Source: Spizellomyces punctatus DAOM BR117
Lineage: Eukaryota
DNA: 64,000 nt
Assembly: GCA_000182565.2 (NCBI GenBank)
Contig: KQ257453.1
Strand: one strand, 5' to 3'
This document shows positions 51,693 through 64,000 of the stretch, in pieces (within the stretch, counting starts at the first letter, position 1; every line of letters begins with the position of its first letter). The position numbers and the translations under genes are program-made. Under the pieces are notes generated by a model. It saw only the letters and a program-made list of their open reading frames with translations, searched no databases and was not told the DNA's origin.

Positions 51693-52745
51693 TTATGCCT
51701 CTCCATTTGCCGCCATAAGCAACATACCCAACAAATCTCTCGCCTCGCTCACCTGTCCGTCCGCTGCCCCCTGCTGAGCTTGAACCTGCTGACCTCCCTC
51801 CCCAAACAGCCCATCATGGTTCCCTCCAAAAGCCGCTATCTCTCCAAAGCCTGCTACACCCGCCACCCTCGCCGCTGCCGCCGCTGCAGCAGCAGCAGCC
51901 GCACGAGCCTGCCACTCCACATCCTGCTCCGAAGGCGCACCCTCCTGCCCATGCCCCAATGAACTCAATTCCTCCTCGACCGCTGCATCAGCAGCGAGGT
52001 TCCCTCCCCCATCGTTATTGTTCGTGCTCCCTGGTGCACCTCCACCACCAACCCACCACCTTCGATCCACAAACCGGGCTGAAACTGGGTTTCGATGTGC
52101 TTCGCCGGCTGTCACCTGATTTCTCGGTGTGACCTGCTGCAAAAAGGCGGGAAAGCCCGGATAGACCCTGTATCCCACTGATGGTGGTGGTCGGTCGAGC
52201 AGATATGGTGGCTTTGCGGCTGGGTAGTTGACCTGGGGCTTACGTCGTCGGTACGAAGTGGGTGCACGGCGGGCTCGGATGTGTGGGACAAGAGGGGGTT
52301 CTGTGAGGGGTTGAAGGAGTCTAACGAGGGTATTGGAGCGGTCGGTTGTGGATGTTGTTGGGCCTGACGTTGCCGTCGACGTCGATATTGATGTCCCTCC
52401 AACCTCCTTCCCGACGGTGAGAGCAACATCAAACGCCTCCGCTGGTAGCGGCGGCAAAGGATCAATAGCAGGCACAGCATGCGGAATATCATTCAACCCC
52501 GCCAAGAGTGTTTCAGCAACCGACGCTGCCGGCGTTGCAGGAAGAGGTCCCTCCGGCACTGCTGCGCTTGTGTCATCGTCATCGCTAATGTTTTCGGTTT
52601 GTCTGTCCGTTTTTCGTCGCTTTCGGATAGGTTCTTGGGCCTGTCCTTGAACGTTGGGTTCCGCGCGGGGTCCCATGCCGTCTTTGCGTTTGACGGATTG
52701 GAGCGTGATACCCGGAACGGTAGGCGCGTCACCTCCGGCGCTCAT
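51693..52745 (-). CDS. Uncharacterised Ala/Pro/Gly-rich intronless protein with NLS-like IRKRRK
   Basis: 350-codon ORF with a poly-Ala tract; no recognisable domain. Confidence 0.55.
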   Translation of the reverse strand: MSAGGDAPTVPGITLQSVKRKDGMGPRAEPNVQGQAQEPIRKRRKTDRQTENISDDDDTSAAVPEGPLPATPAASVAETLLAGLNDIPHAVPAIDPLPPLPAEAFDVALTVGKEVGGTSISTSTATSGPTTSTTDRSNTLVRLLQPLTEPPLVPHIRARRAPTSYRRRKPQVNYPAAKPPYLLDRPPPSVGYRVYPGFPAFLQQVTPRNQVTAGEAHRNPVSARFVDRRWWVGGGGAPGSTNNNDGGGNLAADAAVEEELSSLGHGQEGAPSEQDVEWQARAAAAAAAAAAARVAGVAGFGEIAAFGGNHDGLFGEGGQQVQAQQGAADGQVSEARDLLGMLLMAANGEA

Positions 52746-53096
52746 CAACCCAAACTCGGTTTACAAAACGCTTCCTTCTTATAAAACCAAAAAGACAAAA
52801 TGCTCCTCAAACAAGTCGGTGTATTGCTCGTAGTCGTCTAAACACAAAAGCTGTGTATATTATATCAAAACGCTTGTAAAATGGCAAAACCCAAATGACT
52901 TGACGCCAGAAGGTGCGACGAGGGGCCCCCAACGTCGGAGTCCCCGCCATGCGTCTTACTGCCATAGCAACGGTATCCATGTCAACAACTAGTTCCATTG
53001 CTGCGCCGTGACGTAATCAACTTGTCGTCGTCGTCGTCGTTTTTCCCTTTTGTTTATTTTCTAACCTATGCAAAACATCTATACACTATTACATCT

Positions 53097-56000
53097 CTAG
53101 AAAATGCTTTTATATGCATCCAATCCACCAGCACTACCAACCGCTTGCCAAAGCGCCTCCCGCCCAACCTTGCTTTCACATTCCTCCAAACATTTCTTGA
53201 CAAAGCCAGCAAACACGACCCCCGACACAGGATCAGACTCCATGAGAAGCCTGCGTCGCTGGGCATCCAGAGAAGCATCGTCTTCGTCATCGGTCCGGGG
53301 TTCGTACGTATAGATTAATGTTCTGAAAAACAAAAATTCACTTAAACATGGCCTAATAATATCACGATAAATCAAAAAAAAAAAAGATACATACTGGTCA
53401 GAGTCCAAATCCCGTAACTCAATGGCAACGCTCGACAAGACGGGCAAAATGTTCTGAATCCGAGAAAACACGTCTGGAGCACCGGTCGAAAAGAGTGTAG
53501 CGAGGGCCATAGCAGTCAATTTCCGTTGCTTGCCGTACCCCATGTTATCAAACTACCAAAAGGCAACAGTATAAAAAATCCCAACCCCGTACATAGCCGT
53601 AATCGGACAAACTCACCTTATCACACCATGCATCCACCAAGGCACTCACCCACGCACCAACAACTCCCACAAACCCCGCAGCATCGCAAACAACTACCCG
53701 ACCAACAACTCCCAAACACCCGACAACCACCACGCCCACCTCCTTATCCTCCACCACGACGCCCACAAGTTTCTCCAACAGCCCAGTTTGGACCAACACG
53801 TCGCGTATTGCGTGGAAGCAGTTAGACGCGTGGCAGGACTGCAGGATGACGTCCAAGCAGCGGAGGATAGAAGTGGAGGCTTCGGGGCGGAGGGAACCAA
53901 GCATAGTGCATAGGCGTGTGAGGATAGGATGTGCGTACGTCTGTCGTGACCAAATTGAATAAAAGCAACCCACTGTATGCTACCATCCGAATCCACACGT
54001 ACCTGTAACACCCCAACCGGTTCCAAAACCACGTAACTCTCCACAACCTTCAACACCGTTTTCAAGCTCTCGCTTCCGTATTCTAACAACGCCATACCGT
54101 ACTCAAGCAAAGCAGCAAGTTGTGGTGTACAGCGCGGGGTATTCTGAATAACGGCTAGCCAGAGATCAATGGCATCTTCCAGGAGGTAAATATGTGCCGG
54201 CTAACGGGTGAATGAGTACATGGGTCACGAAAATGTAAGAGGTGGGTAGTAACGTACGTTTTGAACGTTGAGACTAAAGGAAAGAACGGGAATCACAAAA
54301 TCGTGGAGTTGCACCGATTCCGCTCGCAGCGCCTAAGAAACCAGTCAGCGATTCAAACAATCCACCTAAATCCACGACGCATCCATCAACTAAAGCATAC
54401 CACAACAAGCCTCTGCAAAACCACCACAATCGAGGCCCGAAACATCTCCTGCCCTTCCGCCCCCTCCCACACCCTCGGCAACAACGCCATAATCTTCGGA
54501 ACAAATGCACCCAGCTCCCCTTGAAACCTCTCTATAATAACCCCCAAACACCCAACAACCCCCACACAACTCGAAACGCCATCCACATCGTCAAGAATAC
54601 CAGAAAACGCGTTCAAAAACACATCAAAGAACGGGTAAAATGTTTTTGGGTCGAATTCAAAGTCGTCCACGAGAGTTTTCAACGTTGTTATGCATGTGAG
54701 TCGGACGACGAGGTCGTAGGGTGGTGTCATGAGACGGACTAAGAGGGTATATATGTACGGGCGAAGGGATGGTGTGGGGTTGGATTGAGAGCCAGTGGGA
54801 GATGAGCCATGGAAATCCGGCGATGAAGTAGTGTTAAACTATAGAAAGGGTAGATACACCACTTTCTCTACAAGAAGATACCCAAACGTACCGTGTATCC
54901 GTATTGGATGCCTCTGCCCACAATTTAATTTCCAAACCACTGCTCGAAATTTACTAAATCGTATAAATCATGGGCGGCAAGTCCGATAGCGCAATATACG
55001 GCATCCTTGAGAAAGATGGCGTTCGTATCGGCAGGATCGCAAGGGTCTGGAAGGTTCGTTACTAAAAGTTGCAAGAACAGGTTCAGTGGGCACTACGTAC
55101 CAGCAACCATGCGCAACATGTTCATCACAACCGGCTGCAATACGGCACGGTTAGTTGACATGAGATCCATAAACACTTTTTCTGCACAGGCCTATCACGC
55201 GAAAATACATGAGCAAAATCCGCAATTAACAGAACGTACATTATCGAACCCACCCTTAAATGAAACTCCCAAGCATCCGCCTCCTCCTCTTCAATCCATG
55301 CCTCCGGATCCGCCTTCCACACCTCAACCTCTTCCATGGTCATGACCATATACCGCCCCACCAAGACCTCACAAGCTCGCTGGACGAATTCAGGTGTCAA
55401 AAGGTGCTGCCCAATCAGAGCCTTGATGGAGGGAGAGTCAGCGGGAGGAGTTGCGGTCAATGGGTCGTGTTTCTCAGATGGGGGTCTAAGGAGGGTTTTG
55501 AGGAGGCGGAGGGACTGGATGAGAAGCTTTTCCGTTGTCGTGTCCTCTATTCATCATATAAGTAAATACATCGTCACCGCTAGCATCCAACGTACATGGC
55601 CTTACCTCGATTTCCGACCCCACTTTCCACCAAACTCCAGTAGTATTTGACAACATCCATGCTACCAGGCATTACAACAAATCCGGATACATGTTGGTTC
55701 GCTAGGTTCAGATAGACTTTTCCAATCTGCACAACCGCGGAGGACACGAGTTTGTGAAGTCGGGTTGCCGTAGGTGGGATTGCAGGTCCTTTTCAATTGA
55801 TGAGTAACACACCCCCAGAAAAAACACAATGCAACATCACCACTTACGCAACACCAAAAACTTTTTCAAGTACTCCAGCAACACACCAAAGACCGCAACC
55901 ACCTCTTGAACGCGTTCCACCTCTTTGAACCCATACACAACAACGCGTCGCAGCGCCTTCAAGGCAATCAGCCCTAATCGCAGGGCACTTTCGGCCTCAG

Positions 56001-56815
56001 AGTAATCAGAAACCGCATTCGCGACAATGGCTTCTGAGAGTGATATAAAGTGGTTGCACCGGTCTGTAAAGATGGTTGCAGTGTAATGAAGGAGCTGGGG
56101 TGCGAGCTAGAAAAAGAACCAATCAGGGAACAATAGCATGATATCGGGGCACAACGTCACACACCTCTCGAAACATTTTGCGACTCGCAGGCATCATTGA
56201 ATAACAAAGCGCCTTGACAACCCCGTAAAGCGTACTCAAAGCCCGCACCTTGACCACCTCCTCCCCCTTGGCAGCAAAACTCGTCTCAACCGTCCCAACA
56301 AGCACATGCAACAAATCCGGCCAGTCATTCGGATAATCTAATCGGGCAATGCGGGATATAATGAGTATGTTGTAGTTGGCGAGTTTGTCGTTTGGTTCTG
56401 TAAAGGTGGTGAGAAGCTTGCTTTTGATTTGAGACTTTTCGGGAGGTTGAATGCCTCTGTACATCAATGGTTTGGTGAGCATTGAAAGTGTGGATAATAC
56501 GGGGTTGGGTGGGCACGTACCCGACACGCACGGTTTTTCGCCAATATTTGTCGATACCATTTTTGAGTGTAATGATGGCCAGCAGCCGGATTCTAATATC
56601 AAGAGACGTATCGTACGCAACCGCCTATATTCTCAAAAAGCCACTGTAAGAATGTATGGGTGCAGTAAACAAAAGAATACACAAACCTGCAAAGTCGAAT
56701 GAAAACCAGGCTCAATTTCCCATGCTTTCAACTGCTCGTCAGCCGGCTTTCGTACCTCGGAAAGAGGAGATGCAGCCGCTGTCAGGACGGAGCATATTTG
56801 GTTGTACGCTGACAT
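53097..56815 (-). CDS. KAP120: Importin-11 / Kap120 karyopherin (contains apparent frameshifts)
   Basis: PADEQLKAWEIEPGFHSTLQ, KNGIDKYWRK, IARLDYPNDWPDL, WKADPEAW, LKDAVYCAIGLAA, QRKLTAMAL; many introns. Confidence 0.88.
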
Positions 56816-57112
56816 GGCCCGTACGTTTTGCCTTTGACGTACAGCGTAAAGCAGAGTCAAAACGACGACGACGACGACGAGATCGCTGTGGTGTGCTGTG
56901 CCACTATCACCACGGTAACAACAGCGACCGAAACCTTGTTGACCAGCAACGCAACAACTGTGAAAGTCCAACGATGCCCCTATCCAGTTGATAAAGAGAT
57001 ATAGAATGATATATTGCCAGTGAATCTAGTATATACATGCTCACAGCACATTAAAATCGTAGAACAAAAAGGATACTAAAAGGGAATCTGGGGAAATAAA
57101 CGCACAAAATCA

Positions 57113-58789
<1,677 letters not shown>

Positions 58790-59932
58790 GATAATTAACA
58801 ACCGTTTCTAAATCGTTTTCAAAGAGTCTTGTTGCTAAATCTCGTTCGTAGATGCAAATGGCTTAAATGGGTTTCTAGAAGAAAAAAAACTGGCGGGAGC
58901 GAGAACGATAAACGAACTGAGTTTTCTAGAGATATCAAAATATGAAATATAACCATAAAAGGAAATAATACCCAGCCACACACCATGACGCAAAAGGAAG
59001 GACACGCGACCAGCCGCTTTTGTGGCGTAGCGACGTCATGCAAAAAGTTTAATTGGCTTAGCGGAGGTTTCGTCCCATGACGGGTTTCGGCGGATCGTCA
59101 CGAGCAAAGACTGCGGGGATGCTTGCAAGCAGTTGAGCAGATGAGCAGCTCGCTAACGGTGGTGACGGTTGCGATTCGTTGCCCACATGCACCATCCCAT
59201 GAATGTTCATAGTGATCATGAGTGATAAGTCAATAGATGAGGTGCTTTTTCATGGTGTGCTTGAACGACATTTCATAGTGACAAGGTCATTGGCAATGAT
59301 ACCTTTTTTAAAACATGGGTTATGGTGCAAAAGGGACAGACAGGATTGACAAAAGGGTGTGTAGATCATCCCTTGGGTGGATCATAAGAGTTTCAGGGAG
59401 ATTGCCAAGCTGAAAAACGTAACAGCAGGGATACCTGACACCTGGCGAATTGCCTTTGGGCATGTCATGCCATTTGAATTCATTCTTCCACCATTGAAAT
59501 GAGCATGGTCGAGTCGAGACCTGCTTGATTGGGGGACTTTAAGCCTATAAACATGCTCGCTACTCTTTGTGATAGGGCACCGCTGCACGCACAAGGCAAG
59601 GCATAACATCAAGAGAAGGCAGCCAGAGATGCGCGCGCGCCATTCGGGCGCCATTCGGCGAAAGTATTCTCTTTCTTGGTCATTGGAACTTTTTCTGCTG
59701 ACGAGGCCGACACCTTTGCTGAATGCGTCGGATGCCTCCTTTGGCAGCCCCTGCCAAAAGCAGACGCATGTCCCGCAGGACATTTCCAGCAGTCCATGTC
59801 GACGGACCACAACAAGTGGAAGGCCTGAGGAGGTGCGTCATATGAAATGCATTTATCCACATTCGAAGTGCAGTGGCTATGCAAGTCATTTATTTGTCAA
59901 AAGGAGTTTGAAGGAGAAGTGACCGATTTGAC

Positions 59933-61315
59933 ATGGCCCATTACCACCATGACAAGGCACATTACAGAAAAGACCAGGACGACGACTACGACAACGACAA
60001 GATGCAGAGCGGACACCACAGGGCTCGTTGCAGCAGCGACGACAAAAGGGGGCACTCCAAAATGGACGACAGAAAGGCTCGCGCGATAAAGGATAAGACG
60101 ACAAACACTCCGCACGACTACTTTGCAGACATTCATATTCTTGACACGGGAAGCATCTTGGACTTTTTACCAGTTCCAGAGTCGACACACGCCGTCAAAC
60201 ACCGCTCGCAGCCCCTCCTCCAACCTCCTTCCGTTCCTTACACGGTCAAACACAGGGTGTCGCATGAATCCTACCTCGTACCCTCACGTCCTCGGCAAAA
60301 GCACACGTCTCATATTTCCCGCTTAAACCTCTCCCGCTTGCCAGACAAGATCCTTTCTCGCATCTTCTCATTCACGTCTGACCCCGCATCCTTCTCCCTC
60401 GTCTGCCGCCGCTTCCAGTCTGTCTCCAAATCCCCTCATGCCCGCGCGGGGTTTTTTCTTTTTCTTTACGGTACCCGGAATGCAATTCCCGCTGCACTCT
60501 TGGGTCCCTTTCATGCAGCATGTTACCTGGCCGTCCTCGACCTGCTCCTCCGACAGTGCCCTCTCCCGCGGTGGATCGTGCAACTAGCGGCTATTGATCG
60601 AGATATTCGCCGAGTGGAAAAGCATGCCGCTAGAAAGGTTGTGCGGAGGGACCCGCTTTGGACCACGGCATGGACGAGTGGGACGGTGGATCGGTTGGTC
60701 CAAAAGGGGAAGGAGCAGTATGGACACGAGGCAATAAGTGGCAGGGATTGGATGGACATGCAAGATGTTTTGGAGGAAGCCCGTGTGGGGACTCTGTTGC
60801 CAAGGGAATTTGAGAGGTTAAAAACCTTGATTGTTGATGCGCATTATACTGCGTGGAGCGTAATTGATGGAACACGTCCCGATCCTCCCTCCTCTGTTTC
60901 CTTTGCCTCTTTGACCTCGTCCACCTCCTCCTCCTCCTCCGACTATTTTCCCACACTTGTCAACTATCATCCGCCAACCGACACGATCCTGCGCTCCCTC
61001 CCCATCTCCTTCATCAACATCCTCTACCGCCCCGACATTCTCACCCTTCACGATCTCGCACCCTCCCTCCTTCGGCGTCTCACGACGCCTCAAACGGAGG
61101 AAACCATCAACACAATTGTCATGACGGAACGAGTGATGAAAGGGAGTTTGGTGGAAGTACAACGGTTATTGAAAAGTGGGTATCGTGTGTCAGAACGGGT
61201 GGTGGACAGAGTGAGAGTGTGGTTGCAGGCGGACAGAAGGCTGGATGAGGATGGGAGGAGGAGGGTCCGGAGGATATTAAAGGCAGTCACCGGGACCCCT
61301 TATGGTGAAGTTTAA
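59933..61315 (+). CDS. F-box-like domain protein
   Basis: LSRLPDKILSRIFSFTSDPASFSLVCRRFQSV; intronless 460 aa. Confidence 0.7.
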   Translation: MAHYHHDKAHYRKDQDDDYDNDKMQSGHHRARCSSDDKRGHSKMDDRKARAIKDKTTNTPHDYFADIHILDTGSILDFLPVPESTHAVKHRSQPLLQPPSVPYTVKHRVSHESYLVPSRPRQKHTSHISRLNLSRLPDKILSRIFSFTSDPASFSLVCRRFQSVSKSPHARAGFFLFLYGTRNAIPAALLGPFHAACYLAVLDLLLRQCPLPRWIVQLAAIDRDIRRVEKHAARKVVRRDPLWTTAWTSGTVDRLVQKGKEQYGHEAISGRDWMDMQDVLEEARVGTLLPREFERLKTLIVDAHYTAWSVIDGTRPDPPSSVSFASLTSSTSSSSSDYFPTLVNYHPPTDTILRSLPISFINILYRPDILTLHDLAPSLLRRLTTPQTEETINTIVMTERVMKGSLVEVQRLLKSGYRVSERVVDRVRVWLQADRRLDEDGRRRVRRILKAVTGTPYGEV

Positions 61316-61599
61316 TCTATTGGACAATTCGCATATTTTTTGGGTTGCGTGTGAGGATACTCGTTGAACATTTAATGGTGGGTTATAGTAGCATTGACAA
61401 GTCTTAATTTTGGGAATAGCAGGGAAGATGGATATGTTGATGGATTTGTCTGGTTTGGTGTATATAGCTTGTAAAGTACGAATGTGATACTTTTTTCGCC
61501 TACACACATGTCCCACATTTATCAAATGGTCCATACATGCGACTTTTCTCCAAGCCCCAAAACCGCTCACGAGTTCAGCATGAAAAGCGTTGGCCGCAT

Positions 61600-62360
61600 C
61601 TAATTGTCGGACGTGACCCACTCTGCATTCGCAACTAAGGAAATTCATGAATTAGTACGGAAATCACCCACCACAAAATCAAAGCATCTTTACATACACT
61701 CCCAGTTGAACACCTCCGACTTGCCAAACCACAATGCAATCTCCTTCTCCGCACTCTCAAATGAGTCTGATCCATGGATTATGTTGCGTCCCACACTGAT
61801 GCAATAGTCTCCTCGGATGGTGCCTGGCTGGGCCTCAAGGGGGTTGGTTGCGCCAATGATGCGGCGACCTTGGCGAATTACATCCTTGCCTTCCCACACC
61901 ATGGCAATCTATATTCACTTCACGCGTTAGAATGCACGTCTGAAGACAGCATGAACGCACACAAGGAATACATACAACAGGAGCAGATCCAGACGTCATG
62001 TACGAAACCAAGCCCGCAAAAAACGGACGCCCCTTCAGATCCGCATAATGCTCCTCTGCCAGCGCCTTGGATGGTACAATCGCCTTGATGCCAACCAACT
62101 TGTACCCTTTCCTCTCAAACCTCTCAATGACATTCGCCACCAGTCCCCGCTGCGTCCCATCGGGCTTGATGGCTATAAATGTGCGCTCGATCCCGCCTTT
62201 TTGTGCCGGCAGGGAAGGGGGCCTCGAGGTGGAGAGGGGAGGTAAGGAGCCCAAGGGTGGCCGCGCTACCCGTGGCGATGGCGACAATGCGGGGCCGTGC
62301 CAGGCGGGGAAGCTGCTGGAAGGCTCTGCGGGCCAGGTGGGGAAGCATACGGGCAAACAT
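61600..62360 (-). CDS. NDK1: Nucleoside diphosphate kinase with N-terminal mitochondrial targeting extension (apparent frameshift)
   Basis: [28 protein letters not shown], catalytic RNIIHGSDS; two clear introns; ends WVTSDN*. Confidence 0.92.
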
Positions 62361-62557
62361 GATGCGTTTGTTCTCCAATGAAATCCTTTTAATAAAAAAA
62401 AGATGAAAGATGGAAATGTCTCCAAAACCCGCGAACGAGGCCCTTTTATATCCCGCTGATGGTTCCAACCAACCCACGCGCTCCTTCGCCCTCCCAAAGT
62501 CGCCGCGATCTCTCCTCGGCATCCAACCATAGACGACAAGATTTAGACAATCAAAAG

Positions 62558-63932
62558 ATGGAATTTGACGATGTATTGACGAATCAACCTGTTGTTATTG
62601 ATAATGTATGTCGTCTGTGCGTTTTAAAGAGTTGGTGGGACACTTGTTTAAATGTGCATTACAGGGGTCAGGCGTTATCAAGGCAGGTTTCGCTGGCGAC
62701 GATCAGCCCAAATGTTTCTTTCCCTCCTTGTAAGTTACTTGTTCCATCTCCCTTTCTAGGCCTTACATTTACCGTGCATCATAGTGTGGGCCGCCCAAAG
62801 CATCACCGCGTTATGGCCGGTGCAGTCGAAGGTGACACATTTATTGGGAAAAAGGCCCAAGAGCTACGTGGATTGTTGCGAATAAGGTACCCGATGGAAC
62901 ACGGAGTTGTTACGGATTGGGATGATATGGAGAGAATTTGGGGGTTTGTGTATGAGGAAGAACTCAAGATATTGTCAGAGGAGGTGCGTTCTAGGCAACT
63001 TTAGAGTTGGGTCAACCATGTCCTAAAAGAAGGGAAAAACAACAGCACCCAGTCCTCTTAACAGAAGCCCCCCAAAACCCCCGCACAAACCGCGACACCG
63101 CCGCCCAAATCCTATTTGAGACCTTCAATGTCCCCGCCCTCTTTCTCTCCATCCAAGCCGTGCTCGCTCTCTACGCCTCAGGTCGAACAACCGGTATCGT
63201 CCTTGACATTGGTGATGGCGTCACACATGCTGTACCCGTCTACGAAGGCTTTTCCATGCCGCATGCCGTTAGAAGGGTGGACATGGCTGGACGAGATATC
63301 ACACATCACCTTCAACTCTTGTTGCGCAAATCAGGATACTCACTCTCCACATCTGCCGAAAAAGAAGTCGTACGCATCATAAAGGAGAAAACATGTTACA
63401 TTGCATCCAATCCCGCCAAGGAGGAAAAAGAGGCTGTTGGAAAATACGAGGACTTTATCTTACCCGATGGCACACCCCTTAAACTCGGACCAGAACGCTT
63501 CAGGGCCCCTGAAATCCTCTTTGCACCTGACCTCATCGGCCAAGAATTCCCAGGTGTTCACCAGCTTTGCGTAGACGCCATTCAAAAAGCCGATATGGAC
63601 CTCCGGAAACACCTGTACTCAAACATGGTGCTGAGTGGCGGTACGACTCTTTGCCGGGGCTTTGGAGATCGGCTTTTGGGAGAAGTCAAGCGGTTGGCAC
63701 TCAAGGATGTCAAGATAAAGATTTATGCACCACAAGAACGAAAGTATTCGACATGGATCGGCGGGTCGATTTTGGCTTCTTTGAGTATGTCTGCTGTTTT
63801 GATTGAGTGACGATTGACTAGCTACTCATGACTTTTTGTCTTTGCCACTTAGGTACATTTAAAAAGATGTGGGTGTCAGCTGAAGAATACCAAGAAGACC
63901 CCGATATTATTCACAAAAAGTTTATGGGGTGA
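62558..63932 (+). CDS. ARP1: Actin-related protein 1 (centractin, dynactin filament)
   Basis: [67 protein letters not shown]; 5 exons. Confidence 0.95.
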
Positions 63933-64000
63933 ATGTCTTTAATTTATGGGCTGTTGTATATAGAATGTGTGTGCGTTTTTCCTTGCCAACGGTGTCGTGT

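Noticed and set aside
3174-56880. Short (GAC/GTC)n runs at about 3199, 53024 and 56862, and poly-T/poly-A tracts
   Set aside because: Simple microsatellites; no repeat-spacer structure, so not CRISPR-like
59382-59922. Overlapping 70-140 aa ORFs upstream of the F-box gene
   Set aside because: No recognisable domain or consistent strand; likely UTR/promoter

Overview
Gene-dense eukaryotic DNA with short spliceosomal introns (mostly about 55-100 nt) and about 24 protein-coding genes. It carries fungal-type genes (PHO89-like, RKM3-like, MNL1/EDEM-like) together with a full-length axonemal outer-arm dynein heavy chain (gamma/DNAH5-8 type) and a SAXO-like repeat protein. That combination points to a flagellated zoosporic fungus (chytrid-like; inference). 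I see no rRNA, tRNA, CRISPR array or intact transposon, and there is one N-gap. Most notable items: (1) an intact but apparently catalytically dead, C-terminally truncated X-family DNA polymerase; (2) a mitochondrial protein with two tandem IF1 (ATP-synthase inhibitor) modules; (3) a stand-alone bacterial-type LolD/MacB ABC ATPase with introns; (4) a HAP1/TRAK-like CC1-box coiled-coil protein; (5) a cluster of Pho4-type E-boxes upstream of the phosphate transporter; (6) X-box-like motifs near ciliary genes; (7) apparent +1 frameshifts in importin-11 and NDK that are probably assembly errors. Exon models and family calls were made by eye from recalled motifs; no database search was run.
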